Assembly: GCA_022705325.1 (NCBI GenBank)
Contig: JAKJER010000004.1
Coordinates: forward strand, 129,724 to 193,723
Length of the DNA: 64,000 bases
Reading direction: 5' to 3'
DNA from: Planctomycetota bacterium
Lineage (GTDB): Bacteria > Planctomycetota > Phycisphaerae > SM23-33
The position numbers and the translations under genes are program-made. Of this stretch, positions 1-9,788 are shown one piece after another. The stretch's first letter is position 1; the number at the start of each line of letters is the position of its first letter. Below the pieces are notes generated by a model that was given only the letters and a program-made list of their open reading frames with translations, was not told the DNA's origin and searched no databases.

Positions 1-1
1 G

Positions 2-1123
2 CGCAGGCCCGGGAGCTACCTGGCCATCTTCATCAACGGCTACGGCGGGGACCACCTGCCCAGGGAAGCCGAGAAGTTCGACAAGCTCCTGACCGCCATC
101 ACCCGCGAGGGGCATTTCAACGCGATACTCTGCCAATACTCGCCCGAGCGCGAGGAACTCTGCCGCAAGCACGGCGCGGCGATGGTGGTGGACCTGCTGG
201 CCGATCCGCACGTGTACAAGAGCCCCGACCCGTGCCAGGCGCTGCTGAAGAGGCTGCGGGGCAATGCAACCGTGGCCGCTTACCACCTGTGGAGCGACCG
301 GTTCGGCAGCACCGGGCCCGGCCGGGCGCGGGATATCGACAACGTCCACGCCTGGGACCCCACCCACGCCACGTTCTCGGGCACCTACAAGGCCGACGGC
401 ATCGGCTACCTGGCCAAGAGCGATTTCGTCAGCTACTACGACTTCTCGTGGAAGCGAGGCCCGGACAAGAACTTCCCCCACCTGCTGGCCGCGTGGAAGG
501 CGGCCTCCGCCCACGACGGCCGCCTGGGTCGCTACTGCGAGAGCGACGCCGGGCTGGCGGGCAAGGGTAATCCTAACCGCCTGCTGTACATCCAGACCAC
601 GTCCATCGCCTGCGGGCTGCGGGCGGCCATGTGGCACATCGGCTCGCGGATCATGAACATGGAGACGTTCCGGTTCAACCAGTACGGGCTGGACCTGGCG
701 TCGGTGAACGCATACCTCAAGCCCATGCGCGAGGAAATCGCGAAGATCGGCCTGCCGAAAGCGATCTACTCCACGCCGATCACGATGGACGCCAACCATC
801 GACCCGTCGAGGCGAAGGACGGCAAGCAGCCGATGCCTCCCGGCCTGGAGAACCATGCCTTCCCGGGCGACTTCTGGATCCAGCCCGCCGGCGGGGAGTT
901 CGTCATGGGCGTCTCGAAGTACGACGGCGGCGGCAAGGACGTCGTCTTCATCGCCAATCACGACGCGTACGGCGAGCAGAACGTCGTGCTCAAGCTCGGC
1001 CGGGCGGCCAAGCCCAGGCTCTTCAACCGCGCGACCGGCAAGTACGAGCCGCTGACGATCTCCGACGGCAAGATCAGCTTCAAGCTCGACCCGGCCGGCG
1101 GGGCGATCGTGCTGTTCGAGTGA
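2..1123 (+). CDS. hypothetical protein, 5'-truncated at window edge (C-terminal ~374 aa)
   Basis: Open frame continues from position 2 into ORF 182..1123; coherent non-low-complexity translation; stop at 1123. Confidence 0.55.
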   Translation, partial: RRPGSYLAIFINGYGGDHLPREAEKFDKLLTAITREGHFNAILCQYSPEREELCRKHGAAMVVDLLADPHVYKSPDPCQALLKRLRGNATVAAYHLWSDRFGSTGPGRARDIDNVHAWDPTHATFSGTYKADGIGYLAKSDFVSYYDFSWKRGPDKNFPHLLAAWKAASAHDGRLGRYCESDAGLAGKGNPNRLLYIQTTSIACGLRAAMWHIGSRIMNMETFRFNQYGLDLASVNAYLKPMREEIAKIGLPKAIYSTPITMDANHRPVEAKDGKQPMPPGLENHAFPGDFWIQPAGGEFVMGVSKYDGGGKDVVFIANHDAYGEQNVVLKLGRAAKPRLFNRATGKYEPLTISDGKISFKLDPAGGAIVLFE

Positions 1124-1126
1124 GGC

Positions 1127-2410
1127 TCACGCTCCCGGCACGATGGCCTTGTGCTCGCGGAGCGTCCGATGGATGTCGGCCAGGGGGACGTCCAGGGGAG
1201 TGGTCTTACCCTTGGCAGCCAGGGCGGCTGTGGCGCCGGCGGCCTGGCCCATGGCCATGCAGGAGGCCTGCACGCGGAGGGCGGAATTGGCCAGGCGGTC
1301 GCTGCTGACGCACCTGCCGGCGACGAGGATGTTGCGGCTGGTCTTGGGCGCGAGTGCTCGCAGGGGGACGGTCGGGACCACGCCCTTGGCCAGCGGCTTG
1401 GGCTTCACGCCCGTGCGGGTGTGGAGGTCGATGGGGTAGAAGGCGTAGCAGACGGCGTCGTCGTAGACCCGTCCGGCGGTGTAGTCCGCGTGGGTGATGA
1501 CCGTCTCGCCCAGGACGCGGTAGCTCTCGCGGAAGGCGGTCTCGCTCTGCAAGTGGATCAGGCGGGCGGGCTTGCCGCCCTTGGCGGGCGCCTCGCGCAG
1601 TCGCTTGAGAACGGCCTGGCGGCCGGTCAGGTTGGCCTGGGTTCGCGTGACGGAGTTCGACGAGTCGGCCCCGTGGACGTACAGGGCCTGGAGCTGCTCC
1701 CGGCCCGGCTGGTAGGGGTCGCCCACCTTGTACAGGATCGAGCCCGGCTGGGTCTCGTCCTCGCGGAGTCGTTCCAGGCCGATCATGCCGGCCAGATCGC
1801 CCCCGCCCGTGCAGTCGATGATCTGCCGGCACGCGATGCGACGTCGCGTGCCCGGGCCGACGCAGCGGACCGACCAGCCGTCGGCGGACTTCTCGGCGGA
1901 GAGGGGGAACTCGTAGTACGCGATCTTCACACCCGCCTGGAGGCACTTCTCCTCGGCCAGCAGGGCGTACACGTAGGGGTTGATCTGGACCTGGTGCTTC
2001 CAGTGCGGCACCTTCTGGGCCTGGAAATCCGGGAGCTGCCCGCCATCGGTCGCGACGGTCTCGGTTACGAGTTCCCAGCCGATGCCGGCGATGATCTGTT
2101 TGCCCCAGGCGTGAAACAGGCCCGGGAAGGCCACCCCGCCGACGGTCATCGTCCCGCCGAGCTGGCTGCCGCGCTCCACCAGCATCGTCTTGGCCCCCGC
2201 GCGGGCAGCCTGGATGGCCGCGATCGTTCCGGCCGTGCCGCCGCCGACCACCAGCACGTCGGCGTCGTCGTTCAGTTCGCCCGCGGCCGGCGCGGTCGGT
2301 TGGGCCTGCGGGTTGGCATCGGCCGCCCGTGCGGTCGCGGCAGCGGCCGCCGCTGCGCCCGCCAGGCGGAAGGAGTCGCGGCGGGTGATGGCGTTACGCG
2401 AAGTAGTCAT
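1127..2410 (-). CDS. FAD-dependent oxidoreductase with Tat-type signal peptide
   Basis: N-terminal MTTSRNAITRRDSFRLAGAAAAAA twin-arginine motif; GGGTAGTIAA dinucleotide-binding motif; ATG at 2408-2410. Upstream extension of the track ORF rejected. Confidence 0.75.
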   Translation of the reverse strand: MTTSRNAITRRDSFRLAGAAAAAAATARAADANPQAQPTAPAAGELNDDADVLVVGGGTAGTIAAIQAARAGAKTMLVERGSQLGGTMTVGGVAFPGLFHAWGKQIIAGIGWELVTETVATDGGQLPDFQAQKVPHWKHQVQINPYVYALLAEEKCLQAGVKIAYYEFPLSAEKSADGWSVRCVGPGTRRRIACRQIIDCTGGGDLAGMIGLERLREDETQPGSILYKVGDPYQPGREQLQALYVHGADSSNSVTRTQANLTGRQAVLKRLREAPAKGGKPARLIHLQSETAFRESYRVLGETVITHADYTAGRVYDDAVCYAFYPIDLHTRTGVKPKPLAKGVVPTVPLRALAPKTSRNILVAGRCVSSDRLANSALRVQASCMAMGQAAGATAALAAKGKTTPLDVPLADIHRTLREHKAIVPGA

Positions 2411-2532
2411 GCTGGAAGGCCTTTCATCAAACCTCGCCGAACCTACCTGCCGGCAGGCAGGCGGCAAGCCCTTCGACAGCGGCTGGTCACCGTCGAGGGC
2501 TTGCCATTCGGCGATGTCGCATGCTTTGGGTT

Positions 2533-4980
2533 CTACTCGTACGTGAACATGGCCGTGGCCTTGCAGGCCTTGTCGGCCTTCACGCGGACCCAGTGGGCGG
2601 AGAAGCCCTCGGGGAACTCGTGCGTCACGGTCTGCCCCGCTGGCACGGTGATCGTCTTATAGGTTCGCCAGAGGTCCAGTCCGGCGAACTCGACCTCGAC
2701 CTGAATGCTCACGTCGTCCTTGGCGTCGTGGTTGAGGCGAAGGGTCTTCTTGTCGTAGCCGGCCATCAGGTAGCGGTCGCTGGCCTTGCCCGGCTGGACG
2801 GCGGTGTCCTTCCACGGCCCGCCCACGCCGCGGGGCTTGCCCATCTTCCACAGATCGTCGATGTCGCCGAACCACAGGCCGACCTTGCCGTCGTCGCCGG
2901 CGAAGTAGTGCCCGTCCGCCTTGGCCGAGGCGGAGCAGCCGGCGATCACCAGCAGTCCGCGCCACGAGCAGAAGTCGGTGATGCGCTTGTTGTGAGTGCA
3001 GACGGGCTTGATGCGGGCCAGGCCGCCGGAGATGGTTCGCGGGGCGCAGAAGAAACTGCCGGCTGCGTTCAGCAGCGATCGCTCGGTGACCACCTCGCGG
3101 AGGGCCCTGGGCCAGCCGGTCGCGAAGGGCTTGTCGTAGGCCGTGGGGTGCCCTTTGGGCAGGCGGGCCCGCAACTTGCCCTCCATCGCGATCACCGACG
3201 CGTCGTCGATCTCGATCACCTGGTGCTGGATCGCGGTCTTCTCGCGGAGGAACTTGGCTGAGGCGCTGTCGGCCCCGGTGGGCGTGAACTTCATGTCGGG
3301 CGAGACCTGGCAGGTCTTCGCCTCGCCCGCCTTGCCCGAGGCGTCCACGGGCGTGGCCAGCACGCCCAGGAGGATCTTGTCGTCGCCCTCGCTGCGGAAG
3401 ACCGCCGACGTCCAGGCGCCTTCGGCGTCCACGTCGGCCAGGGCGGCGAACGGCTTGGCGTCGGTGACGGCCCCGCCGCCGGGCCCGTAGTGGAAGTACG
3501 CGGAGACCAGCACGTCCTGGTCGCTCTTGAGGCGGATCCACTGGGCGTCGAGGTCCTTGGGGAAGAGGTGGAACGCGTAGCCGCCCGCGGGGACGGTGAT
3601 CTTGCCGCCCTCGACCCACTGTCCGTCGCCGGTCTTGTCCAGCTCGTAGGTGAACGCAGCGTCCTTCTCGCCCTTGTGCGAGAGGTGGAGCATCTTCTGC
3701 GTGTAGCCGGTAAAGAGGTATGGATCGGACGGCTCGTTGGCCTTGGCTGTATCGCCCAGCCACACGCCGCCCCAGCCGGCGGGCTTGCCCGCCTGGGGCA
3801 GGTCGTCCCACCTGGTGAACCAGAAGTTCGAGCACGACTGGCCGTTGAGGCTGTTGAGCGTATCGCTCAGGCCGATCTTGCCGGCGGAGAAGCCGCTCTT
3901 GGCCGTATCGTCGCAGGCAAAGACCAACCGGCCGTTCCAGTCGCAGAAGTCGCCCGTGATCTTGAGGTAGGTCGCGATGGGCTTGAGCCCGCCGGTCTTG
4001 CCCGCGGTGAGCCCGCCGGGGAAGTCGAACCATCCGCCGTGGAGGTTCATCAGGAACCTGCCGCCCGTCACCTCGCGGATTCGCGGCCATTCCGTGTGCC
4101 ACCCGTGCGAGCCGGTGTAGCTGTAGTCGTGGATCGGCATGCGGTAGGTGTGCCACTTGCCCTGGCTGCACACCTTCAACAGCAGCGAGCGCTTGTCCCA
4201 GCCGATGGCCCACAGTGGGGCGTCCTTGTCGGGCGGGCCCAGGATGCCGCCAGGCCCGGTCACGTCCAGGAACTGCCTGCGCTCGATCAGCCGCCATTCC
4301 TTGCCGTCCCATTCGGCCAGGGCGCCGGCGTCCTCGGGACTCCTGGGTTTGGGATCGATGAAGTAGTCGAAGGGCTTGTATTTGTCGACCGAGCCGGCTG
4401 GGTGCTCGCCGTTGTTGGCGACGACCAGCCGCCCCTGTCCGCTGTAGCCGCCCTTGCCGTGCCAGCCGGGTACGGGTCGCTTGAACAGCAGCTTCGGTTC
4501 GAGCGTCTTGACGTCCACTTCGTAGATCAGCCCCTCCATGTCCAGGATGTAGAGCTTGCCCGCGGGGTCATTCAGGTGGCGGGCGGTGGCGGTGAGGCGG
4601 CCGAACATCTTCGAGTAGGGAATCGTTCGCACGTTGCCCTTGTCGTCGATGAAGTACGGGCCGATATTGAGCTGGTTGCTCTCCCGGTGGATCATGCGGT
4701 TGGCGGGCGTGCCGCCGATCGACTCAGGGCGGGTCACGATGGCCAGGTCCGGCGAGATCTCGTAGAGCTTGTCGTCGCTGCCGCTGGGGCAGTGCGGGCT
4801 GTAGGTGATGGCCCACAGCCTGTCCGCCCAGGGCACGACGGCCCCGATGCCGCACTCCCCGCTGTTGCGGTTGTGGACCGCCAGGTGCGGGTAACGCCCA
4901 CTGACGGACAACGGCTCGGCCAGGCCGACCGGGACCAGCACAAGGCCCGCGAGCAACGCGGGGAATACTGACTTCTTCAT
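2533..4980 (-). CDS. secreted hypothetical protein with internal tandem duplication (~2 x 390 aa)
   Basis: Signal peptide MKKSVFPALLAGLVLVPVGLA. Two homologous halves (DFCDWNGRLVFACDD / DFCSWRGLLVIAGCS; ...WIRLKSDQD / ...WVRVKADK). Confidence 0.6.
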   Translation of the reverse strand: MKKSVFPALLAGLVLVPVGLAEPLSVSGRYPHLAVHNRNSGECGIGAVVPWADRLWAITYSPHCPSGSDDKLYEISPDLAIVTRPESIGGTPANRMIHRESNQLNIGPYFIDDKGNVRTIPYSKMFGRLTATARHLNDPAGKLYILDMEGLIYEVDVKTLEPKLLFKRPVPGWHGKGGYSGQGRLVVANNGEHPAGSVDKYKPFDYFIDPKPRSPEDAGALAEWDGKEWRLIERRQFLDVTGPGGILGPPDKDAPLWAIGWDKRSLLLKVCSQGKWHTYRMPIHDYSYTGSHGWHTEWPRIREVTGGRFLMNLHGGWFDFPGGLTAGKTGGLKPIATYLKITGDFCDWNGRLVFACDDTAKSGFSAGKIGLSDTLNSLNGQSCSNFWFTRWDDLPQAGKPAGWGGVWLGDTAKANEPSDPYLFTGYTQKMLHLSHKGEKDAAFTYELDKTGDGQWVEGGKITVPAGGYAFHLFPKDLDAQWIRLKSDQDVLVSAYFHYGPGGGAVTDAKPFAALADVDAEGAWTSAVFRSEGDDKILLGVLATPVDASGKAGEAKTCQVSPDMKFTPTGADSASAKFLREKTAIQHQVIEIDDASVIAMEGKLRARLPKGHPTAYDKPFATGWPRALREVVTERSLLNAAGSFFCAPRTISGGLARIKPVCTHNKRITDFCSWRGLLVIAGCSASAKADGHYFAGDDGKVGLWFGDIDDLWKMGKPRGVGGPWKDTAVQPGKASDRYLMAGYDKKTLRLNHDAKDDVSIQVEVEFAGLDLWRTYKTITVPAGQTVTHEFPEGFSAHWVRVKADKACKATAMFTYE

Positions 4981-5013
4981 GTCCATGCTCCAATCGAAAA
5001 CCGAGAAATCCCC

Positions 5014-6207
5014 TCACCGCGGCAGGTAAACGCCGGCCGGGTCATCCCATTGCCAGTTGCCCAGGTCGAGGCCGACGGGCTTTCGAGGCCAGCCGGCCGA
5101 CAGACGCTGCTGGAGCTGGTCCCAGTGTCGCACGCCGCTGACGGCGTCGGCAGCCTCCACGTTGCAGGCGCCAACGGCCACGGCGGAACAGACCGTCTGC
5201 TCGGGCGAGAGGCCCTTGAGCAGGGCGGCCAGGAAGCCGGCGATGGTGCAGTCGCCCGAACCGGTGGTGCCCACGACGTTCACCTCGAAGCACGGTCCGA
5301 GCATGCGCCTGCCCGCCCAGGCGGCTGGGTCGGCGGGCCGGCAGCGCCCGATCCCGGCCACGCGGGAAACGTCGTCGCTGACCCGGAGGTAGAGCCCCTG
5401 GTCGCCCAGCTTGAGGGCGACGACGGGCGGCCCCATGGCGATCAGGCGCCCGGCAATGTCGTCGAGCAGGTCGGCGTCCACCGCCCGCATCACCTCGCCG
5501 CCCGTCCGCTCCGACAGGCGATCGAACAGCGGGCGGTCCAGCATGAACAGGATCTCGTCCAGGCTGGGCAGGAACACGTCCACCAACGGCAGGACGTTGG
5601 CCAGGAAGGCAGGCCAGTCGGCCCGACCGGCCGGGGAGTCCGGGTCGGGGCGGGCCATGTCCAGGCTGACGGTCAGGCCGATGTCCTTGACCCGCTTGAG
5701 GATGGCGGCGAATTCCAGGCCCGCGTCGGCGTAGCAGCGCCGCATCAGCGGCGGGTAGCCGAAATGGAACAGGCGCGGCGAGCCGGCAAGCAGGTCGTAG
5801 TTTACGTCGTCGCGGCCGAACGTGTCGTTGGCCCCGGGGCAATGGAGGAAGCTGCGGTCGATCCCCGGCGGGCTGAGCACGACGGTGTAGGAGCTCTGCT
5901 CGCCTGACTCGACGGACATGCCTTCGACCAGCTCGGCGGACTGCTGGCCGACCAGGTCGAGAATGGCCCGCCCGAAGACGTCGTCGCCGACCTTGCCCAT
6001 CAGGGCGGTGGGCAAGCCAAGGCGGTGCAGGGCCAACCCCGTGTTGGAGACGGCGCCGCCGGTGGAGATCGTCGCCCGTCCGACGTTGACCAGCTTGCCC
6101 GGCTTGAGCAACGAGCCGAAGTCGCCCGCTCCGCCGCCCTCGAATGTGGGGATGATGTCCAGGCAGATGTGCCCGGCCACGACTACCTGAGTTTCGTGCT
6201 TGGCCAT
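5014..6207 (-). CDS. PfkB-family carbohydrate kinase (ribokinase-like)
   Basis: Start MAKHETQVVVAGHICLDI verified at 6205-6207. N-terminal GG motif (FEGGGAGDFG) and C-terminal GTTGSGDCTIAGFLAAL anion-hole motif typical of PfkB kinases. Confidence 0.7.
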   Translation of the reverse strand: MAKHETQVVVAGHICLDIIPTFEGGGAGDFGSLLKPGKLVNVGRATISTGGAVSNTGLALHRLGLPTALMGKVGDDVFGRAILDLVGQQSAELVEGMSVESGEQSSYTVVLSPPGIDRSFLHCPGANDTFGRDDVNYDLLAGSPRLFHFGYPPLMRRCYADAGLEFAAILKRVKDIGLTVSLDMARPDPDSPAGRADWPAFLANVLPLVDVFLPSLDEILFMLDRPLFDRLSERTGGEVMRAVDADLLDDIAGRLIAMGPPVVALKLGDQGLYLRVSDDVSRVAGIGRCRPADPAAWAGRRMLGPCFEVNVVGTTGSGDCTIAGFLAALLKGLSPEQTVCSAVAVGACNVEAADAVSGVRHWDQLQQRLSAGWPRKPVGLDLGNWQWDDPAGVYLPR

Positions 6208-6474
6208 GGTGCGAAGGATACCGGCGGAAGGGGCCAGGGACAAGGGACTACGGACCGGGGACCGGGGGCTGGAGAGGCCCCCGGGACAACGCGGGCGCGC
6301 ATCTGCCTGCCGTCGTGCAGGCGCCCGAACGGTCGGAATTGTTTGGGCAGGCGCGGTGCGATTTCGTATAAGAAAGGCGAGTTCGCTGTGACCCTGAGCC
6401 GAAAGCTGGGAGGTGGATCTTCCGATGAATAGACGAAGATTGTGCATGCGGAGATTCGTTCAGAAGGGAATCGA

Positions 6475-8226
6475 ATGATCGTTGTACACGTGACGCATGA
6501 GGCAGTGGAGAAGATCGGCGGGATCGGCGCGGTCATCGCGGGGTTGATGAACGCCGAGGCGTACGCCAAGAACGTGACGCGGACGGTGATCCTGGGGCCG
6601 CTGTTGACGACTGATCGACCGGTCAACCGGCGGCTGGGCGAGGGCGGACACGTGCTCTACAGTTCCCTGGACGCCGTTGACCGCCCCCCCTGGCGCGAGA
6701 AGTTCCGTCCGATCGAGCGGACCCACGACTGCGGCATCATCTACGGCACGCGGCGCGTCGACGACCCCTGTACGGGGCGATCGGTCAAGGCCGAAGTCGT
6801 CCTGGTCGACGTCTTTCACGCCAATCAGCACCGCCTGAACCTCTTCAAGTACGAGCTGTTCAAGAAGTTCAACGTCCCCTCCGACCGCTTTCAGCACATC
6901 TGGGAGTACGAGGAGTACGTTCGCCTGGCCGAGCCCGGCTACGAGGCGCTCAAGGCCATCGGCTGCGTCAACGGCGAGGAGTTGGTGATTCTGGCCCACG
7001 AGTACATGGGCATGCCGACCGCGCTGAAGGCGGTCATGGACGGCTCGCCCTGCACTCGGACAGTCTTCTACGCCCACGAGGTGGCCTCGGTGCGTCCCAT
7101 CGTGGAAGCGGCCCGCGGCAACGACACGCTGTTCTACAACGTGCTCGCTGCCGCCGAGAAGGAGCAGCGGACCATCGAGGACGTCTTCCCCAGCGTTCAC
7201 GAGAACTACAAGCACCCGCTGGTGAAGGCTGCCCGCTACTGCGACCATGTGTTCGCCGTGGGCGACTACGTTGAATCGGAGTTGCGGTTCCTGGACCCGC
7301 ACTTCCGCACGCAGGCGATCGAGCTGGTGTACAACGGCATCCCGGCCGAGCCCATGACAGAGCTGGCCAAGCAGGCCAGCCTGGACCGGATGAAGGACTA
7401 CGCCAACGCCCTGGTGGGCTACCACCCGACGTGGATCTTCACCCACGTCTGCCGCCCGGTGGCCAGCAAGGGCATCTGGCACGATCTGGAAGTGCTTCAC
7501 GAACTGGAGGGCCTGTTGAAGGCCCGCGGCGAGTCGGCGGTGTACTTCCTGCTGGGCACGCTGGCGGGGCAGCGCCGCAGCCAGGACATCCGCCACATGG
7601 AGAAGGTCTACGGCTGGCCGGTCAACCACGAGAAGGGCTACCCGGACCTGTGCGGCGGGGAAGAGGGCCTGGGCGACATGTTCGCTCAGTTCAACCGGGA
7701 CCATTCCGCCGTGCAGGCCGTCTTCGTCAACCAGTGGGACTGGAGCCGGCGCTTCTGCGGCGACCGCATGAGCGAGGACATGACCTTCCAGGACGTTCGG
7801 GCGGGCACCCACGTGGAGTTCGGGCTCAGCACCTACGAGCCGTACGGGATCGCGCAGTTCGAGCCGCTGGGGTTCGGCGGGCTGTGCGTGGTGACCAATG
7901 TCTGCGGGTGCGCGGGCTTCGCCCGCTGCGTGGCCGGGGACGAGGACGTCAGCGGCAACATCCTCCAGGCCGACTACCTCCAACTCGACGGTCCGATGAC
8001 CGTCGATCAGATCCTCCACACACCCTACGAGCAGCGCGAGGCGGTGGAGTGGGCCGAGGCCAAGCGCATCGCCGGCCTGATCGCCGACCGCCTGCCCCGC
8101 GACCTGGAGACGCTCCGGGCCCGCGTCAAGAGCGGCTTCGAGCTGGCCAGCCGCATGAGCTGGGAGAAGGTCGTCGAGGACTTCTTCCTGCCCAGCCTGA
8201 AAAAGACGGTCAAGAACAACAAGTAG
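6475..8226 (+). CDS. GT3-type (eukaryotic-like) glycogen synthase family glycosyltransferase
   Basis: Motifs HEAVEKIGGIGAVIAG, ILAHEYMG, TVFYAHEVA and VVTNVCGCAGF align in order with the yeast Gsy2 motifs ATEVANRVGGIYSVL, HFHEW, TTHAT and TTNVSGFG. Confidence 0.6.
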   Translation: MIVVHVTHEAVEKIGGIGAVIAGLMNAEAYAKNVTRTVILGPLLTTDRPVNRRLGEGGHVLYSSLDAVDRPPWREKFRPIERTHDCGIIYGTRRVDDPCTGRSVKAEVVLVDVFHANQHRLNLFKYELFKKFNVPSDRFQHIWEYEEYVRLAEPGYEALKAIGCVNGEELVILAHEYMGMPTALKAVMDGSPCTRTVFYAHEVASVRPIVEAARGNDTLFYNVLAAAEKEQRTIEDVFPSVHENYKHPLVKAARYCDHVFAVGDYVESELRFLDPHFRTQAIELVYNGIPAEPMTELAKQASLDRMKDYANALVGYHPTWIFTHVCRPVASKGIWHDLEVLHELEGLLKARGESAVYFLLGTLAGQRRSQDIRHMEKVYGWPVNHEKGYPDLCGGEEGLGDMFAQFNRDHSAVQAVFVNQWDWSRRFCGDRMSEDMTFQDVRAGTHVEFGLSTYEPYGIAQFEPLGFGGLCVVTNVCGCAGFARCVAGDEDVSGNILQADYLQLDGPMTVDQILHTPYEQREAVEWAEAKRIAGLIADRLPRDLETLRARVKSGFELASRMSWEKVVEDFFLPSLKKTVKNNK

Positions 8227-8249
8227 CCGGTAGCCAGTGGCCGGTAGCG
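8223..8249. repeat. inverted repeat arm L (GTAGCCGGTAGCCAGTGGCCGGTAGCG), partner at 8571-8605
   Basis: Seen directly; the reverse complement shares the GTAGCCGGTAGC and GGTAGCCAGTGG modules with arm R. The two arms flank a low-GC 320-bp segment. Confidence 0.5.
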
Positions 8250-8534
8250 TCAGGTCATCATGAGGACCAGGAGGGCCATCATGGAGATGCACGCCTCCAC
8301 AAGCAGGAACTGCCAGAGCCGGCGATAGGCGTAGTAGACGGATTTCACCAGGACGATAAAGCCGAATATCGTCAATATCCCGATCAGATCATCGAAATCC
8401 AGACCATGCCTTCCAGGGTGATCGAAGCCGATGTCGCCGAACACAATCACCAGCACCAGCAGGATCTGCAGGGCTGTGCCTCCGATGGTCACAGCGAGGT
8501 TCGTGGGATCGATTCTGCGTTTTTTGCGTTTCAT
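8250..8534 (-). CDS. small two-TM membrane protein (95 aa) in a low-GC island
   Basis: MKRKKRRIDPTNLAVTIGGTALQILLVLVIVFG...: two hydrophobic helices; ATG at 8532-8534 with upstream GGGGGA; GC visibly lower than its surroundings. Confidence 0.4.
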   Translation of the reverse strand: MKRKKRRIDPTNLAVTIGGTALQILLVLVIVFGDIGFDHPGRHGLDFDDLIGILTIFGFIVLVKSVYYAYRRLWQFLLVEACISMMALLVLMMT

Positions 8535-8570
8535 TCCCCCGTCTCGCTGTGAAACCTGGAACGGCAGCAA

Positions 8571-8605
8571 CTCCACTGGCTACCGCTCCACCCGCTACCG
8601 GCTAC
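8571..8605. repeat. inverted repeat arm R (CTCCACTGGCTACCGCTCCACCCGCTACCGGCTAC)
   Basis: Seen directly; inverted relative to 8223-8249. Confidence 0.5.
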
Positions 8606-9591
8606 TAGTGTAGAATCTCGCCTTTGGTCACATCGCCCTTGACGTCCAGGAGCTGGATGGAGGCGGGGCAGCGGAAGTTCTTGTGGTCGGCGAAGGTCCA
8701 GACGACCTTCTTGTCCGGCGTGACCTCGATGATCTGCGCGGTCTTGCCGAGGTTGCCGTGTCCCAGCCAGTTGGTCATGACGGTGTTGCCGTTGGGCAGC
8801 CGCTGGAGCCCGGTCATGAACTTGAGGCCCACGCCTTCCAGCTCATCCCTGCGGACCTCCCAGACGACCTTGCCGTCCTTGTCCACCTCTACCACGCCCG
8901 AACCTCGCTTCTTGTCGGCGTCGCCCTCGGCGATCAGAGTGTTGCCGTTGGGCAGACGGATGACGCTGTGCGGGCCCCCGGGCGACGCGCAGGACCAGAC
9001 TTCCTTGCCGTCGGCGTCGTACTCCTTGACCGCCTTGAGCCCGTAGTGGGCCACCAGGTAGTGCCCGTTGGCCAGCTTGCGGGCGTTGCGCATGAAGGCG
9101 TGCCCGCCGCTCTTGCCTTCCGACAGCAGGCGGATCTCCTTGACGATCTTGCCGGAGGGGTCCACCTCCAGAAGCTTGCCGCTGCTGCATTCGCCGATGA
9201 ACGTGTTCCCGTCGGGCAGCCGCTGGCAGGCGTACACCTCGCTGGGCGAGCGGCGGGTCTGGACGTTGCCGTCCTTGCCCTTGGCGGCGGATTCCACCAT
9301 CGTGCCCACGTGCTCGAAGATCACCTTCTTGTCGCGATTGACCTCCTTGACGCCGTGCCCGGTGACGAACAGCACGTTGCCGTTCGGCAGCAGCCAGACG
9401 TCGTTGCAGTTGGGGGCGGGAAACTCCCACTCGATCTTCCCCTCGGCTGAAACGAACGCAACCTTGCCCGCGGAGTAGTCGCCGCAGACGAAGGGATGTC
9501 CCTGGCCTTGCTGGACGGTCTGTTCGGCGGCTGAAGAGAACCCGGCAACAGCGGTCAGGACGAACAGGGCGATCAGGATCCGCGCGGTCAT
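8605..9591 (-). CDS. secreted beta-propeller repeat protein (LPNGN repeats), function unknown
   Basis: Signal peptide MTARILIALFVLTAVAGFSSA. Recurring LPNGNxL blade-like motifs occur about every 45 aa. Confidence 0.6.
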   Translation of the reverse strand: MTARILIALFVLTAVAGFSSAAEQTVQQGQGHPFVCGDYSAGKVAFVSAEGKIEWEFPAPNCNDVWLLPNGNVLFVTGHGVKEVNRDKKVIFEHVGTMVESAAKGKDGNVQTRRSPSEVYACQRLPDGNTFIGECSSGKLLEVDPSGKIVKEIRLLSEGKSGGHAFMRNARKLANGHYLVAHYGLKAVKEYDADGKEVWSCASPGGPHSVIRLPNGNTLIAEGDADKKRGSGVVEVDKDGKVVWEVRRDELEGVGLKFMTGLQRLPNGNTVMTNWLGHGNLGKTAQIIEVTPDKKVVWTFADHKNFRCPASIQLLDVKGDVTKGEILH

Positions 9592-9788
9592 GGTGGAGTC
9601 TCCTTACGGTTATGCTGGGGGTTAACGGCCGGGGATTTCTCCGATTGCCCCAAGGACGAGGTTGACGCGGACGGTGCATGAGAATACGATTAGCAGCACG
9701 GGCCGCACAAGGCCCACCGCAGGCAGGTGGCCGGAGCACGTCTGGTGCCGGCTGGCTGGATGCTGCGGCGTTGTTGGGAGCAGAGCTT

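Noticed and set aside
6460-8292. 610-aa minus-strand ORF, plus 7431-8552 (plus strand) and 2657-4312 / 3490-4971 shadow ORFs
   Set aside because: Antisense or alternative-frame artefacts of the GT3 and duplicated-protein genes.
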